Shown piece after piece: positions 8,634 through 17,024 of a DNA stretch of 64,000 bases (position 1 is the stretch's first letter; the number at the start of each line of letters is the position of its first letter). Under the pieces are notes generated by a model. That model was not told where the DNA came from, did not search any database, and saw only the letters and a program-made list of their open reading frames with translations. The translations under genes and the position numbers were made by a program. The stretch is from Candidatus Limnocylindrales bacterium (GTDB lineage: Bacteria > Chloroflexota > Limnocylindria > Limnocylindrales > CSP1-4): positions 133 through 64,132 of the forward strand of contig DASUKL010000043.1 of assembly GCA_036278755.1 (NCBI GenBank), in the 5' to 3' direction.

Positions 8634-8637
8634 GGGC

Positions 8638-10107
8638 TCAGGATGGCCGAACGGGCGGCGATCCGCGCTCGGTCGTCGCGGCGCCTCGACCTTCCAGGTT
8701 CGGCGTGGCGGGCAGGAGCACGCCGACACGGGCCCCGCCGCCGACAGGATCCTCGGCGAAGGCCCGGCCACCGTGAGCCTGGGCGAGTTCCGCCACGATA
8801 GCCAAGCCCAGGCCCGCCCCCGGCCCCTGGCGCGACGGATCGGCCCGGTAGAAGCGCTCGAAGATCCGTCCCAGGGAGGCGGCCGGGATGCCCGGTCCGT
8901 CGTCCCTGACGGCCAGCAGGACCGAAGGCCCGGCCAGGCCAGCTCCGGCAGGCAGGGCCGTGGCTTCCAGGCGGGCGTGGCCGCCGGGCGCCGGCGCCGC
9001 GGCCAGGGCGTTGCGGACGAGGTTGCCCAGGACGCGTTCCACGGCCGAGCGGTCGGCGGCGAAGGGGAGGGGGGTCGGACCGGCTGCCGGTGCCTCGATG
9101 GTCTGCCCGGCGGCCTCGGCGGCCGGCGCGAAGCGGCTCGCGGCGGCCCGGACCAGGTCGCCCGCATCGAGTTGCTCGACGCGGAGCGTCGGGCCGGCCT
9201 GGAGCAGGCCCAGGGCCCCCAGCTGGTCGACCAGCCCCTCCAGCCGAGACGCCTCCTGGCCGATGGCGGTCGCTGCCCGGCCAGCCGCAGGTCCCTGGGC
9301 CGTGCCGTCTCGGAGGGCCTGGGCGTAGCCGCCGATGACGGTCAGTGGCGTGCGCAGGTCGTGGCCCAGGTTGGCCAGCAGGTCGCGCTGCTCCTGGCGG
9401 GACCGGCTGAGCTCCGCGCTCAGGGCGTTGAAGCCGGCGCTCGCCCGGGCCACCTCGGAGGGGCCATCCTCGGGCAAGACCGGCGGTCGGGCGCCCTGGG
9501 TGAGGCTGGCCGCGGCGCCGGCCAGGCGCTCCAGCGGCCGGGCCACGGAACGCGATAGCCCGATGGCCAGCAGCCCGCCCACGACGAGCACCACGAGGAT
9601 GGCCACGACCATGGCCCGGGCCAGGTCGCCGAGGGCCGCCGCAGCGGAGCGATCGGGCCGCGACAGGACGAGGACCCGGCTGCCGCGCGCGGAGGCCGGG
9701 CCACTGATCGTGACGGCCACGAAGGCCTGGGCCTGCCTGGCCACCGTGTAGCTGCCGTGGGCCAACGTGCCCCGCGGTCCAGGCCGGCTGAGGTCGACCG
9801 TGGCCGGCGCCGGTGCCGACCCGCCCGCGGCGAGGACCGTGCCCCGGCCGTCGACGAGGAGGAGCGAGAAGCCGAGTGAGCTGACGTCGCCCTCGAGGCT
9901 GGCGATCACCGTCCGCGGCGCGGTGCCGGCCGTCAGTTGGCTCCGGGTCCGGCTGACGAGTTGGACGGCCGTGTCGGTCAGGGCGCCGTCGGCCGCGTCG
10001 CGTTCGAGGTCGCGCAGGACGACGAAGAGGGCCGCGCCGAGGCCGAGGAGGACGGTCAGGCCCAGCGCGCCGAAGGCCAGCAGGAGCCGGCCACGCAGCG
10101 ATCGCAC
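8638..10107 (-). CDS. Sensor histidine kinase (2 TM, HAMP, HisKA, HATPase)
   Basis: H-box NLGHDLRTPL, HAMP-like segment and G-boxes (DDGPGI, GLGLAIV). GTG at 10107 lies 4 nt after the regulator stop. Confidence 0.9.
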   Translation of the reverse strand: MRSLRGRLLLAFGALGLTVLLGLGAALFVVLRDLERDAADGALTDTAVQLVSRTRSQLTAGTAPRTVIASLEGDVSSLGFSLLLVDGRGTVLAAGGSAPAPATVDLSRPGPRGTLAHGSYTVARQAQAFVAVTISGPASARGSRVLVLSRPDRSAAAALGDLARAMVVAILVVLVVGGLLAIGLSRSVARPLERLAGAAASLTQGARPPVLPEDGPSEVARASAGFNALSAELSRSRQEQRDLLANLGHDLRTPLTVIGGYAQALRDGTAQGPAAGRAATAIGQEASRLEGLVDQLGALGLLQAGPTLRVEQLDAGDLVRAAASRFAPAAEAAGQTIEAPAAGPTPLPFAADRSAVERVLGNLVRNALAAAPAPGGHARLEATALPAGAGLAGPSVLLAVRDDGPGIPAASLGRIFERFYRADPSRQGPGAGLGLAIVAELAQAHGGRAFAEDPVGGGARVGVLLPATPNLEGRGAATTERGSPPVRPS

Positions 10108-10111
10108 GCCG

Positions 10112-10801
10112 TCAGCCCGGCCGCTCGCGGGGCGGCGGGACGAGCCGGTAGCCGATGCCGCGGATGGTCTCGATGGCCGGGCCATCCGGGCCCAGCCGAG
10201 CCCGCAGGGCGGCCACGTGCACGTCCACCGTGCGGGTCTCACCCGGGAAGTCGGTGCCCCACACCGACGCCAGCAGGCCGTCTCGGCTGAAGACGACGCC
10301 AGGGTCCCGGGCCAGGGCGGCCAGGAGGTCGAACTCGCGGGGCCGCAGCGCGAGCCGGCGCGGCCCGACGTAGGCCTCCCGGCGACGGCGGTCGACACGC
10401 AGCGGCCCCACGACGCTCGGTCGATCGGATCGCTGCCCGGGTTCGCTGCGCCGCAGGATGGCCCGGGCTCGGGCCACCAGCTCGCGGGGGTTGAAGGGCT
10501 TGGCCAGGTAGTCGTCGGCGCCCAGCTCGAGGCCCACGATGCGGTCGACGTCGTCGCTCCGGGCGGTCAGCATGAGGATCGGTGTGTCGCCCCGTCGACG
10601 CAACTCGCGGGCCACCTCGAGACCGTCGACCTCGGGCAGCATCAGATCGAGCAGGACGAGGTCCGGATCGTGCCGCTCATGGGCGGCCAGGGCCTCGGTC
10701 CCGGTCCGCGCTTCGACCACGGCGAAGCCGGCCTGCTCGAGGTACAAGCGCACGAGCTCGACGATGTTGCGTTCGTCATCGACGACGAGGATCGTCTTCA
10801 T
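10112..10801 (-). CDS. OmpR/PhoB-family response regulator
   Basis: MKTILVVDDE...DLVLLDLMLP receiver domain plus a winged-helix C-terminus (RTVDVHVAALR...GIGYRL). ATG at 10801. Confidence 0.92.
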   Translation of the reverse strand: MKTILVVDDERNIVELVRLYLEQAGFAVVEARTGTEALAAHERHDPDLVLLDLMLPEVDGLEVARELRRRGDTPILMLTARSDDVDRIVGLELGADDYLAKPFNPRELVARARAILRRSEPGQRSDRPSVVGPLRVDRRRREAYVGPRRLALRPREFDLLAALARDPGVVFSRDGLLASVWGTDFPGETRTVDVHVAALRARLGPDGPAIETIRGIGYRLVPPPRERPG

Positions 10802-10810
10802 CGGTCGTCG

Positions 10811-10820
10811 AGCATACGAT
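10811..10820. promoter_or_regulatory. Overlapping divergent -10 boxes (TACGAT on plus, TATGCT on minus) in a 25-bp intergenic gap
   Basis: TACGAT at 10815-10820 lies 6 nt before ATG 10827. TATGCT (rc of 10811-10816) lies 9 nt before the minus ATG at 10801. Confidence 0.4.
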
Positions 10821-10826
10821 GGCGCG

Positions 10827-11465
10827 ATGGAACTCCTGCACCGAGCCGTCGGTCCGCTGGCCACGAATGTCTGGGTCCTGGGTGACGAGGCCAGCCGCGA
10901 GGCGGTGGCCATCGACACGGCCACGCCCTGCGCGGCCTGGGTCGGCGAGGCCCTTGCCGAACGGGGCTGGAGGTTGAAGCTCATCGTCTCCACCCATCGG
11001 CACTGGGATCACATCGGGGACAACGCCGCCCTCGTGGCCGCCACAGGGGCCGAGGTGGCGGCTCACGCCCTGGACGGACCCGGCCTCCGCGAGCCGCGGC
11101 AGGGCCTGGCGCCGTTCCCCATCCCGCCGTCCGTCCCGGCCGTGGAGCTGGCCGAAGGCGGCCGGCTCCGCTTCGGCACGCTCGACCTGGAGGTCCTCCA
11201 CACCCCCGGTCACACCGAGGGCTCGGTCTGCCTCCTGGCTCGGGCCGAAGGGCTGCTCCTCAGCGGTGACACCCTCTTCGCTGGCGGCTGGGGCCGGGTC
11301 GACCTGCCCGGCGGCTCGGCCGAGGCCATGGTGGCCTCGCTGGCCCGGCTCCAGGCCCTCGACGACGGCCTCCACGTCCTCCCCGGCCATGGCCAACGAA
11401 CGACGCTCGGCCGCGAGCGGCCGTGGATGGAGCTCGTCGCCCGCGAGGGCCGCCTCTTCGCCTGA
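10827..11465 (+). CDS. MBL-fold metallo-hydrolase (hydroxyacylglutathione hydrolase-like)
   Basis: THRHWDHIG metal motif, HTPGHTEGS and PGHG. ATG at 10827; the upstream part of track ORF 10539.. is antisense to the regulator. Confidence 0.88.
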   Translation: MELLHRAVGPLATNVWVLGDEASREAVAIDTATPCAAWVGEALAERGWRLKLIVSTHRHWDHIGDNAALVAATGAEVAAHALDGPGLREPRQGLAPFPIPPSVPAVELAEGGRLRFGTLDLEVLHTPGHTEGSVCLLARAEGLLLSGDTLFAGGWGRVDLPGGSAEAMVASLARLQALDDGLHVLPGHGQRTTLGRERPWMELVAREGRLFA

Positions 11466-11484
11466 TCGCCCGTCGATCAGGTCG

Positions 11485-12642
11485 TCAGGCCAGGCCCCGC
11501 TCGCGGGAGCGCTCACGGGCTCGAAGCCCACGCTCGATGGCTCGCCACTGCTGGCGCTCGACCTTCCGGCTCCGAGCGTCGTTGCGCCGAGTCTGGGCGG
11601 CCAGCTCCCGGGTCAGCTTGCGCTGGCTGGCCAGCCGCTCGGCGGCCAGCGTGCCGGCCGCGATGGCGGCGGCCACGGCGCAGCCCGGCTCCCGGCCATG
11701 GGCACAGTCGCTGAAGCGGCAGCCAGCAGCCAGCTCGTCGATGTCGGCGAACGTGGCCGCCAGGCCGCCCTCGGCCTCCCAGGGAGCCAGTGAGCGCAGG
11801 CCGGGCGTGTCGAGCAGCAGCAGGCCCTCGGGAGCAGCGATGAGCTCGCGAGTCACGGTCGTGTGACGGCCTCGTTCGTCGCCCGGCCTGACCTCCGCCG
11901 TAGCCTGGCGCTGGGTGCCCAGGAGGGCATTGACCAGGCTCGACTTGCCGACGCCCGAGGAACCCAGGAGGGCCACCGTCCGGCCCGGCCCGAGGTCGTC
12001 CCGTAGGCCGTCGAGGCCCGCGCCCGTGACCGCCGACACGACGTGGACCGGCACGCCCAGGGCCACCTCGCGCAGGGGGCCCGACCACGGCCCGGCGTCT
12101 GGCTGGAGGTCGGCCTTGTTGAGGACCACGGCTGGCCGCGCACCGCTCGACCAGGCCATGGCCAGATAGCGTTCGAGACGCCGGGGGTTGGCGTCGTGAC
12201 CGACGGCCTGGACGATGAGGAGGTCGTCGACGTTGGCAGCCAGGATCCGCTGGCCCAGCTGCTCCGTGCCGGCCTGCCGGCGGATGGCGCTGCGGCGCGG
12301 CAGCACGGCGGCGATCCGGGCCAGGCCATCGTCGGCCGGCCCGTCAGCGTAGGTCCCTTCGACGGCGCCGGCTTCGACCGCGACCCAGTCACCGACCGTG
12401 GGCAGGGCGGTGTGATCCGCCGCCCGCTGGGCCGCGTGGCGCAGGCGCCCGGCCAGCGTGGCCAGCACCTCGCCCCCGGCGAGCCGGACCCGGACGCGGT
12501 CCGGCGACGCGCCTACGACCCGGCCGGGGCGCCGTCCGGCGGCGGCGTGATCGGCGAAGGCCAGGGCCCAGGCCTCGGTCCAACCCCAGGCCGCGAGGTC
12601 CTCGGCCCCGCTAGGCCCGGGCATCGGACGCCCCGCCGGCAT
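11485..12642 (-). CDS. rsgA: Ribosome small-subunit-dependent GTPase A
   Basis: Circularly permuted GTPase motifs NKADL, GSSGVGKSSLVNAL, DTPG and the zinc knuckle CRFSDCAHGREPGC. Confidence 0.92.
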   Translation of the reverse strand: MPAGRPMPGPSGAEDLAAWGWTEAWALAFADHAAAGRRPGRVVGASPDRVRVRLAGGEVLATLAGRLRHAAQRAADHTALPTVGDWVAVEAGAVEGTYADGPADDGLARIAAVLPRRSAIRRQAGTEQLGQRILAANVDDLLIVQAVGHDANPRRLERYLAMAWSSGARPAVVLNKADLQPDAGPWSGPLREVALGVPVHVVSAVTGAGLDGLRDDLGPGRTVALLGSSGVGKSSLVNALLGTQRQATAEVRPGDERGRHTTVTRELIAAPEGLLLLDTPGLRSLAPWEAEGGLAATFADIDELAAGCRFSDCAHGREPGCAVAAAIAAGTLAAERLASQRKLTRELAAQTRRNDARSRKVERQQWRAIERGLRARERSRERGLA

Positions 12643-13723
12643 CGGGGGCCTGGCTCGCAGCGGGCGTGTCTCCGGCTGATCGCCAGCCCACCGTGGCCGG
12701 CTGGTCTACCGGCCGCCCGTAAGCGTACCAGCGGAGGGCGACCTCGAAGCCCAGCCCTTCGTAGAGCCCCAGCGCGCCCGTCGGATTCGCGGCATCCACG
12801 CTGAGCCGGGCCTCGTGCATGCCCCGCTCGCGAAGGTGTCGCAGCGACGCCGCGCAGAGGGCCTTAGCCAGGCCTCGGCCACGCCACGGGCGGCGGACCG
12901 AGACGTGCTCGAGCCAGGCCCGGCGGACGCCCAGGGCCCGGTTCTCGTCCTCGAAGATGGCGTTCATGACGCTGCCGGCGACCTCGCCGCCGTCCCAGGC
13001 CACGCACCACAGCGAGGTGTCCGTCTCGGGGCTGGCGAAGCGCGCCAGGAAGGCGCCGGGGTCCGGTTCGGCCGGCGCGCCCCAGTGGTCCCGGAAAGCC
13101 TCGACGTCGGCCTCGTAGATGGCCCGGTGCTGGTCCGGCCTGACCGGCCGTAGAGCGAGACCGGGAGGCAAGGGGTGGTCGGGGAGCTCGCCGGCCAGCG
13201 AACGCCGCATGTCGAAGCCGTACCGGATGGGCTGGTAACCCTCGGCCTCGACGAGGGCCCGGTCGGCGACCTCGGGGTCGAGCAGGTAGGTGCGGAACTC
13301 GCGCGGTCCGGGACGGGGGTCGGCGGCCGCCTCGGCGGCCAGCCGGCGGCGGGTCGCGCGGTGGAGGGCGGTGCCGATGCCCCGGCCGCGGTGCTCCGGG
13401 GCGATCGCGCCCCAGGTCTCGAGGGCCATGACCCCGGCCCGCTCGCAGCGCGTGCCGACGACGAAGCCGACCATCGCTCCGTCGCGTTCGGCGATCATGA
13501 CATCCCGACCCAGGTCGAACCGCTCGAGCGGCTCCCACTCGGCTCGGAGGGCCTCCCCGGACTGGATCTCCTCGACCCCGTCGGCGGCATGGGCCCGCTC
13601 CCGGATCCCAGCCAGGGCCGGCCAGTCGTCGGGCTCGGCCTGGCGGAAGCGGAGGCCGGGGATGGTCGGCCCATCGAGCTTCACGATCCCCGAGCCATGC
13701 ATCGGGCTATGACGACGATCCAT
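12611..13723 (-). CDS. Tandem GNAT-domain N-acetyltransferase (MshD-like architecture)
   Basis: Two acetyl-CoA motifs (HRGRGIGTAL and WRGRGLAKAL). The start ATG lies 1 nt after the permease stop. Confidence 0.8.
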   Translation of the reverse strand: MDRRHSPMHGSGIVKLDGPTIPGLRFRQAEPDDWPALAGIRERAHAADGVEEIQSGEALRAEWEPLERFDLGRDVMIAERDGAMVGFVVGTRCERAGVMALETWGAIAPEHRGRGIGTALHRATRRRLAAEAAADPRPGPREFRTYLLDPEVADRALVEAEGYQPIRYGFDMRRSLAGELPDHPLPPGLALRPVRPDQHRAIYEADVEAFRDHWGAPAEPDPGAFLARFASPETDTSLWCVAWDGGEVAGSVMNAIFEDENRALGVRRAWLEHVSVRRPWRGRGLAKALCAASLRHLRERGMHEARLSVDAANPTGALGLYEGLGFEVALRWYAYGRPVDQPATVGWRSAGDTPAASQAPDAGGASDARA

Positions 13724-13724
13724 G

Positions 13725-14525
13725 TCAACCGACCCGCTTGAGCTTGCCGGTGCGCTTGGCGTACTGCTCGGCCCGTCCGAAGATCCAGACCCCCAGGGGG
13801 ATCAGCACGATGGCCATGATGAGCAGCGGCCAGACATCGGCCCACAGGGCAGCCAGGCCCGTGCCGTCGATGAGGCTGCGGCGGATGCCGTCGAGGATGT
13901 AGGTGGCCGGGCTGAAGCGGGCCAGGACCTGCATCCAGCCGGGCAAGATGTCGATCGAGTAGTAGACCCCGCTGACGAGCAGCAGGATCGACTGGAAGAC
14001 GAACGTCATCTGCGCGCCGCGCTCGATGTAGAGAAGGGGCAGGACGGCGGCCATCATGCCGATGCCGATGACCGACAGCGACCCGACGAGCATGAAGGCA
14101 GCGGCCGTGCCGAGATCGGCCCGCGAGAGGTCGAGTCCGAAGAAGGACACCAGGACGACGAGGATGACCGCCGTCTGGAGCAGGCCGTAGAGCACGGCGA
14201 AGAAGGTCGCCCCGAGCAGCTGGGCGTAGCGCCGGACGGGCGCCATCATCGTGTACTCGAGCGTGCCCTCCCAGCGCTCCCAGGCGATCGTCTCGGCCAC
14301 GAAGCTGAAGACGGTCGAGAGGTAGTTCCAGAAGATGGCCCCGATCATCAGGCTGAAGATGAGGCGCCGGCTGCCAGCTTCGGCGCCGATGAGGGTGATG
14401 GACAGGGCGCTGGCCACGGCATACACGAGGAAGGCCACGTCCCAGCCCCAGTAGCGCTTGGTGAGGTTGACGTTCCGCTCGACGAAGGCGAGGCTCGCCC
14501 ACATCTCGCGGGCCACGGCGGACAT
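13725..14525 (-). CDS. ABC-2 type transporter permease
   Basis: Six predicted TM segments in an ABC-2 pattern. ATG 14525 preceded by GGAGATCCGTC. Confidence 0.85.
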   Translation of the reverse strand: MSAVAREMWASLAFVERNVNLTKRYWGWDVAFLVYAVASALSITLIGAEAGSRRLIFSLMIGAIFWNYLSTVFSFVAETIAWERWEGTLEYTMMAPVRRYAQLLGATFFAVLYGLLQTAVILVVLVSFFGLDLSRADLGTAAAFMLVGSLSVIGIGMMAAVLPLLYIERGAQMTFVFQSILLLVSGVYYSIDILPGWMQVLARFSPATYILDGIRRSLIDGTGLAALWADVWPLLIMAIVLIPLGVWIFGRAEQYAKRTGKLKRVG

Positions 14526-14559
14526 GACGGATCTCCGATGGGCTGGGCCCGCCCGCGCC

Positions 14560-14775
14560 CTATGGGTTGCGGACCGGCCGGGGCTGTCCATCGGCCGCCA
14601 GCTGGCGGCCGATGGCGATGAGCGCGCGTCCGAGACGCCGGCGCGGCGAGGCCGCGCGGCGACGAGGAGCGGAACGGGGCAGGGCGCGAGCCCGCCGTTC
14701 CGCGCTCGCCTCGGAGCGCAGGGCTTCGATCCGGCGCCGGCTGAGCGACGGCTCGAAGCTGCTGTACGGCAACAT
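14560..14775 (-). CDS. Hypothetical 71-aa arginine-rich protein between the ABC ATPase and the permease
   Basis: The ATG shares its A with the ATPase TGA stop (GTGATG). AAGGAG sits 7 nt upstream. The initiation context GGAGATCCGTnATG is duplicated at the permease start. No recognisable family. Confidence 0.5.
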   Translation of the reverse strand: MLPYSSFEPSLSRRRIEALRSEASAERRARALPRSAPRRRAASPRRRLGRALIAIGRQLAADGQPRPVRNP

Positions 14776-15632
14776 CACGGATCTCCTTGATGGTCGGGGA
14801 CCGGGTCCTCCTCCTCGACGTCGTCGTCGAGGGAGCGGCCGGTCCAGGTCATGAAGACGCTCTCTAGCGTCGGGGGCAGGTCGCGCTCATGCGCGACGCG
14901 GGCCTTCAGCTCGGCCGGCGTGCCCTCGGCGACGACACGTCCGCCGTCGAGGATCGCCAGCCGGTCGCAGAGGCGATCGGCTTCGGCCATGTCGTGCGTG
15001 GTCAGCACGATCGTGGCGTCATGGCTAGCCCGCAGCTCCTCGATGAAGGTCTGGACCTCCAGCTTGGAGCGCGGATCGAGCCCGGTCGTGGGCTCATCGA
15101 GAAGGAGGAGGGTCGGGCTCGTCAGGAGGGCCCTGGCGATGGCGACCTTCTGCTGCATGCCTCGGCTCATCTGCTCGACAGGCCGGTCGAAGCGCGAGGC
15201 GGCGATGCCCAGCCGGTCGAGGATGCGCACCGCTTCCTGGCGTGCGGCTCGGGTGTCGAGGCCGTAGAGCCGGGCGGCGTAGGACAGGTTCTCGGCCGGT
15301 GAGAGCTTCTTGAAGAAGGCGGCGTCGACGCTGACCCGGTTGATCAGGCGCTTGACGGCCATCTCCTCACGGACGACGTCGTGGCCGAAGACCTCGACGC
15401 GCCCCTGATCGAGCGTGAGCAGCGTGCTCACGAGGCGGATGAGGGTCGACTTGCCCGAACCGTTGGCGCCGAGCACGCCGTAGATCTCACCCCGCTCGAT
15501 GCGCAGCGTGACGTCCGCCACGGCCACCGCGGGACGCTTGTGGCGCCCGACGAGGAACGTCTTGGAGGCCCGCTCGAGGAGCAGTGCCGGTTGGTCGAAC
15601 CGCTGCGGCCGTTCGAGCGACAGCGTGGTCAT
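14775..15632 (-). CDS. ABC transporter ATP-binding protein
   Basis: Walker A GANGSGKST, signature MSRGMQQKV, Walker B LLLLDEPT. ATG 15632 with GGAG upstream. Confidence 0.92.
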   Translation of the reverse strand: MTTLSLERPQRFDQPALLLERASKTFLVGRHKRPAVAVADVTLRIERGEIYGVLGANGSGKSTLIRLVSTLLTLDQGRVEVFGHDVVREEMAVKRLINRVSVDAAFFKKLSPAENLSYAARLYGLDTRAARQEAVRILDRLGIAASRFDRPVEQMSRGMQQKVAIARALLTSPTLLLLDEPTTGLDPRSKLEVQTFIEELRASHDATIVLTTHDMAEADRLCDRLAILDGGRVVAEGTPAELKARVAHERDLPPTLESVFMTWTGRSLDDDVEEEDPVPDHQGDP

Positions 15633-15726
15633 GGGTCGGTGCTCCGGTTCGTCGAAGGCTGGTGGACGGTGGCCCCCGGGCGGGGAGGCGGCTCTTCGAC
15701 GGACCCGAACGCGCGCTTCGGGCATC

Positions 15727-15760
15727 AAAAAAGCCGGGGGGCCGATCCTGGCCCTCCGGC
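15727..15760 (-). terminator. Intrinsic terminator (GCCGGAGGGCC-AGGAUC-GGCCCCCCGGC followed by U6) about 95 nt upstream of the ABC operon start
   Basis: 10-bp GC stem with one mismatch plus a run of six T on the minus strand, read directly. Confidence 0.7.
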
Positions 15761-15976
15761 TCTGGCGTTGGGCGGCTCAGCCGCCTGACGCTAGCTAGCG
15801 CAGGGCGCGGATCTCCCGCTGTCGGCGGCGCCGGCGGGCGCGGCCGGCCGCTGCCGAAGGGCAACGGGGCTGGTGCGGAAGGTGGACGTCATCTGGTGGC
15901 CCGCTCCTGTGCTGTGCTCCGGGTGCTTCCCGGACCGCGGCCTCGCGCATCCGCTACTCGGCGCGATGACCGGCGG

Positions 15977-16006
15977 AGCATACGCGGGTCCGGCGATGCG
16001 TGTCAA
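15977..16006 (-). promoter_or_regulatory. Sigma-70-like promoter: TTGACA, 18 nt, TATGCT
   Basis: The -35 is rc of 16001-16006 and the -10 is rc of 15977-15982. It would start a transcript of about 245 nt ending at the 15727-15760 terminator. Confidence 0.5.
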
Positions 16007-16087
16007 CGCCGATATGCCCGGTGGCGTGGACAGCCTTCGGTCGGGCGCTACGCCCGCCTCGGATGGTCGCGCCTGTAGGCTGGACCG

Positions 16088-17008
16088 GTGACACGGATCG
16101 ACGAGCTGCGAAGCGACGCCACGTGGTGGGCGGGAACGCCGCCGGAGCGGCCCCTGGGGCTCGAGGAGCTGCTCGCGGGGGGGACGCTCGACGCCGAACT
16201 GGCCGGCCTGGTCCTCTGGCTCCTCGAGGCCGAGGTCCCCATCGTCGTGGCGGGGCCGCCGGGGGTCGGCGCGACGACCCTCCTCACGGCCCTCCTCGCG
16301 CTGCTGCCGGACAGCACGCCGACCCATCGCCTGGCGGGCGGCAGCGAGGACTTCGCCTGGCTGCCGCAGGCCTCGGAGCTGGGCTGGCCGGGCCGTGGGG
16401 GCCCGCTGCCACCGCCCGGACAGCGACCCGCCTGGCCGGGCGCTCGTCTGCTCGTGGCGGAACTATCGGAGCGGCCCGAGATCGGCACCTGGGGCCTCGC
16501 AGCGCGAGTCGTCGTGCGGGCCCTGCAACTGGGTTACAGCCTCGCCACGACGGCCCGGGCGGGCTCGCTCCAGGAGCTTCTGGCCGGCCTCGAACGTGCC
16601 CCCGTGGGCTTGAGCCAGGACGAGCTGCGGCGCCTGGGGCTCGTCCTCGTCGTCGGTCGCGTGGCCCCGCCCGCACCGGTCGGACACGACCTCCAGCCCC
16701 TCCATCGGGTCGTGGCGGCCCACTACCTGCGGCCGCTCGACCGTGACCGGCAGGGGCACGTGCAGCGCCAGCCGCCGGCCGTCCTGGCCACCTGGGACGC
16801 GGCGAGCGACACCTTCGAGCACTTCGCCTGGGGCGTCCTGCCGGAACTGGGCGCCCGCTTCGGCCGCCCGCCGGGGGCCGTGGAGCGGGAGCTGGCCGGA
16901 CTCGTGGCCAGCCTGACACCGACCGGCCGCTCGGCAGGCGGCGGCTCACCGGGCGGCCGGTCGCCAGGCGGCCGCTCGCCAGGCGGCCGCTCGCCAGGCG
17001 AGGGGTAG
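16088..17008 (+). CDS. CpaF/VirB11-like secretion-ATPase homologue with degenerate catalytic motifs and a C-terminal (GGRSP)x4 repeat
   Basis: The alignment-like pattern LLEAEVPIVVAGPPGVGATTLLTALL corresponds to the Walker A of T2SS/T4SS ATPases but has Ala in place of Lys. The His-box region reads LGYSLATTARAGS. GTG start 6 nt after TAGGCT. Confidence 0.65.
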   Translation: MTRIDELRSDATWWAGTPPERPLGLEELLAGGTLDAELAGLVLWLLEAEVPIVVAGPPGVGATTLLTALLALLPDSTPTHRLAGGSEDFAWLPQASELGWPGRGGPLPPPGQRPAWPGARLLVAELSERPEIGTWGLAARVVVRALQLGYSLATTARAGSLQELLAGLERAPVGLSQDELRRLGLVLVVGRVAPPAPVGHDLQPLHRVVAAHYLRPLDRDRQGHVQRQPPAVLATWDAASDTFEHFAWGVLPELGARFGRPPGAVERELAGLVASLTPTGRSAGGGSPGGRSPGGRSPGGRSPGEG

Positions 17009-17024
17009 ACTGGTCGGAGCGCCC

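Noticed and set aside
6909-9167. N-terminal extensions of ggt (to 9167), the kinase (to 10398) and the regulator (to 10993)
   Set aside because: Homology begins at internal GTG/ATG codons placed 4 nt after the preceding stop, or at MKTILVVDD. The extensions overlap the upstream genes out of frame.
15900-15950. SRP (4.5S) RNA on the minus strand, because of GGUCCGGGAAGCACC
   Set aside because: The conserved domain IV sequence GGUCCGGAAGGAAGCAGC with its GNRA tetraloop and symmetric loop is not reproduced. The context (upstream of an ABC operon) also does not fit.
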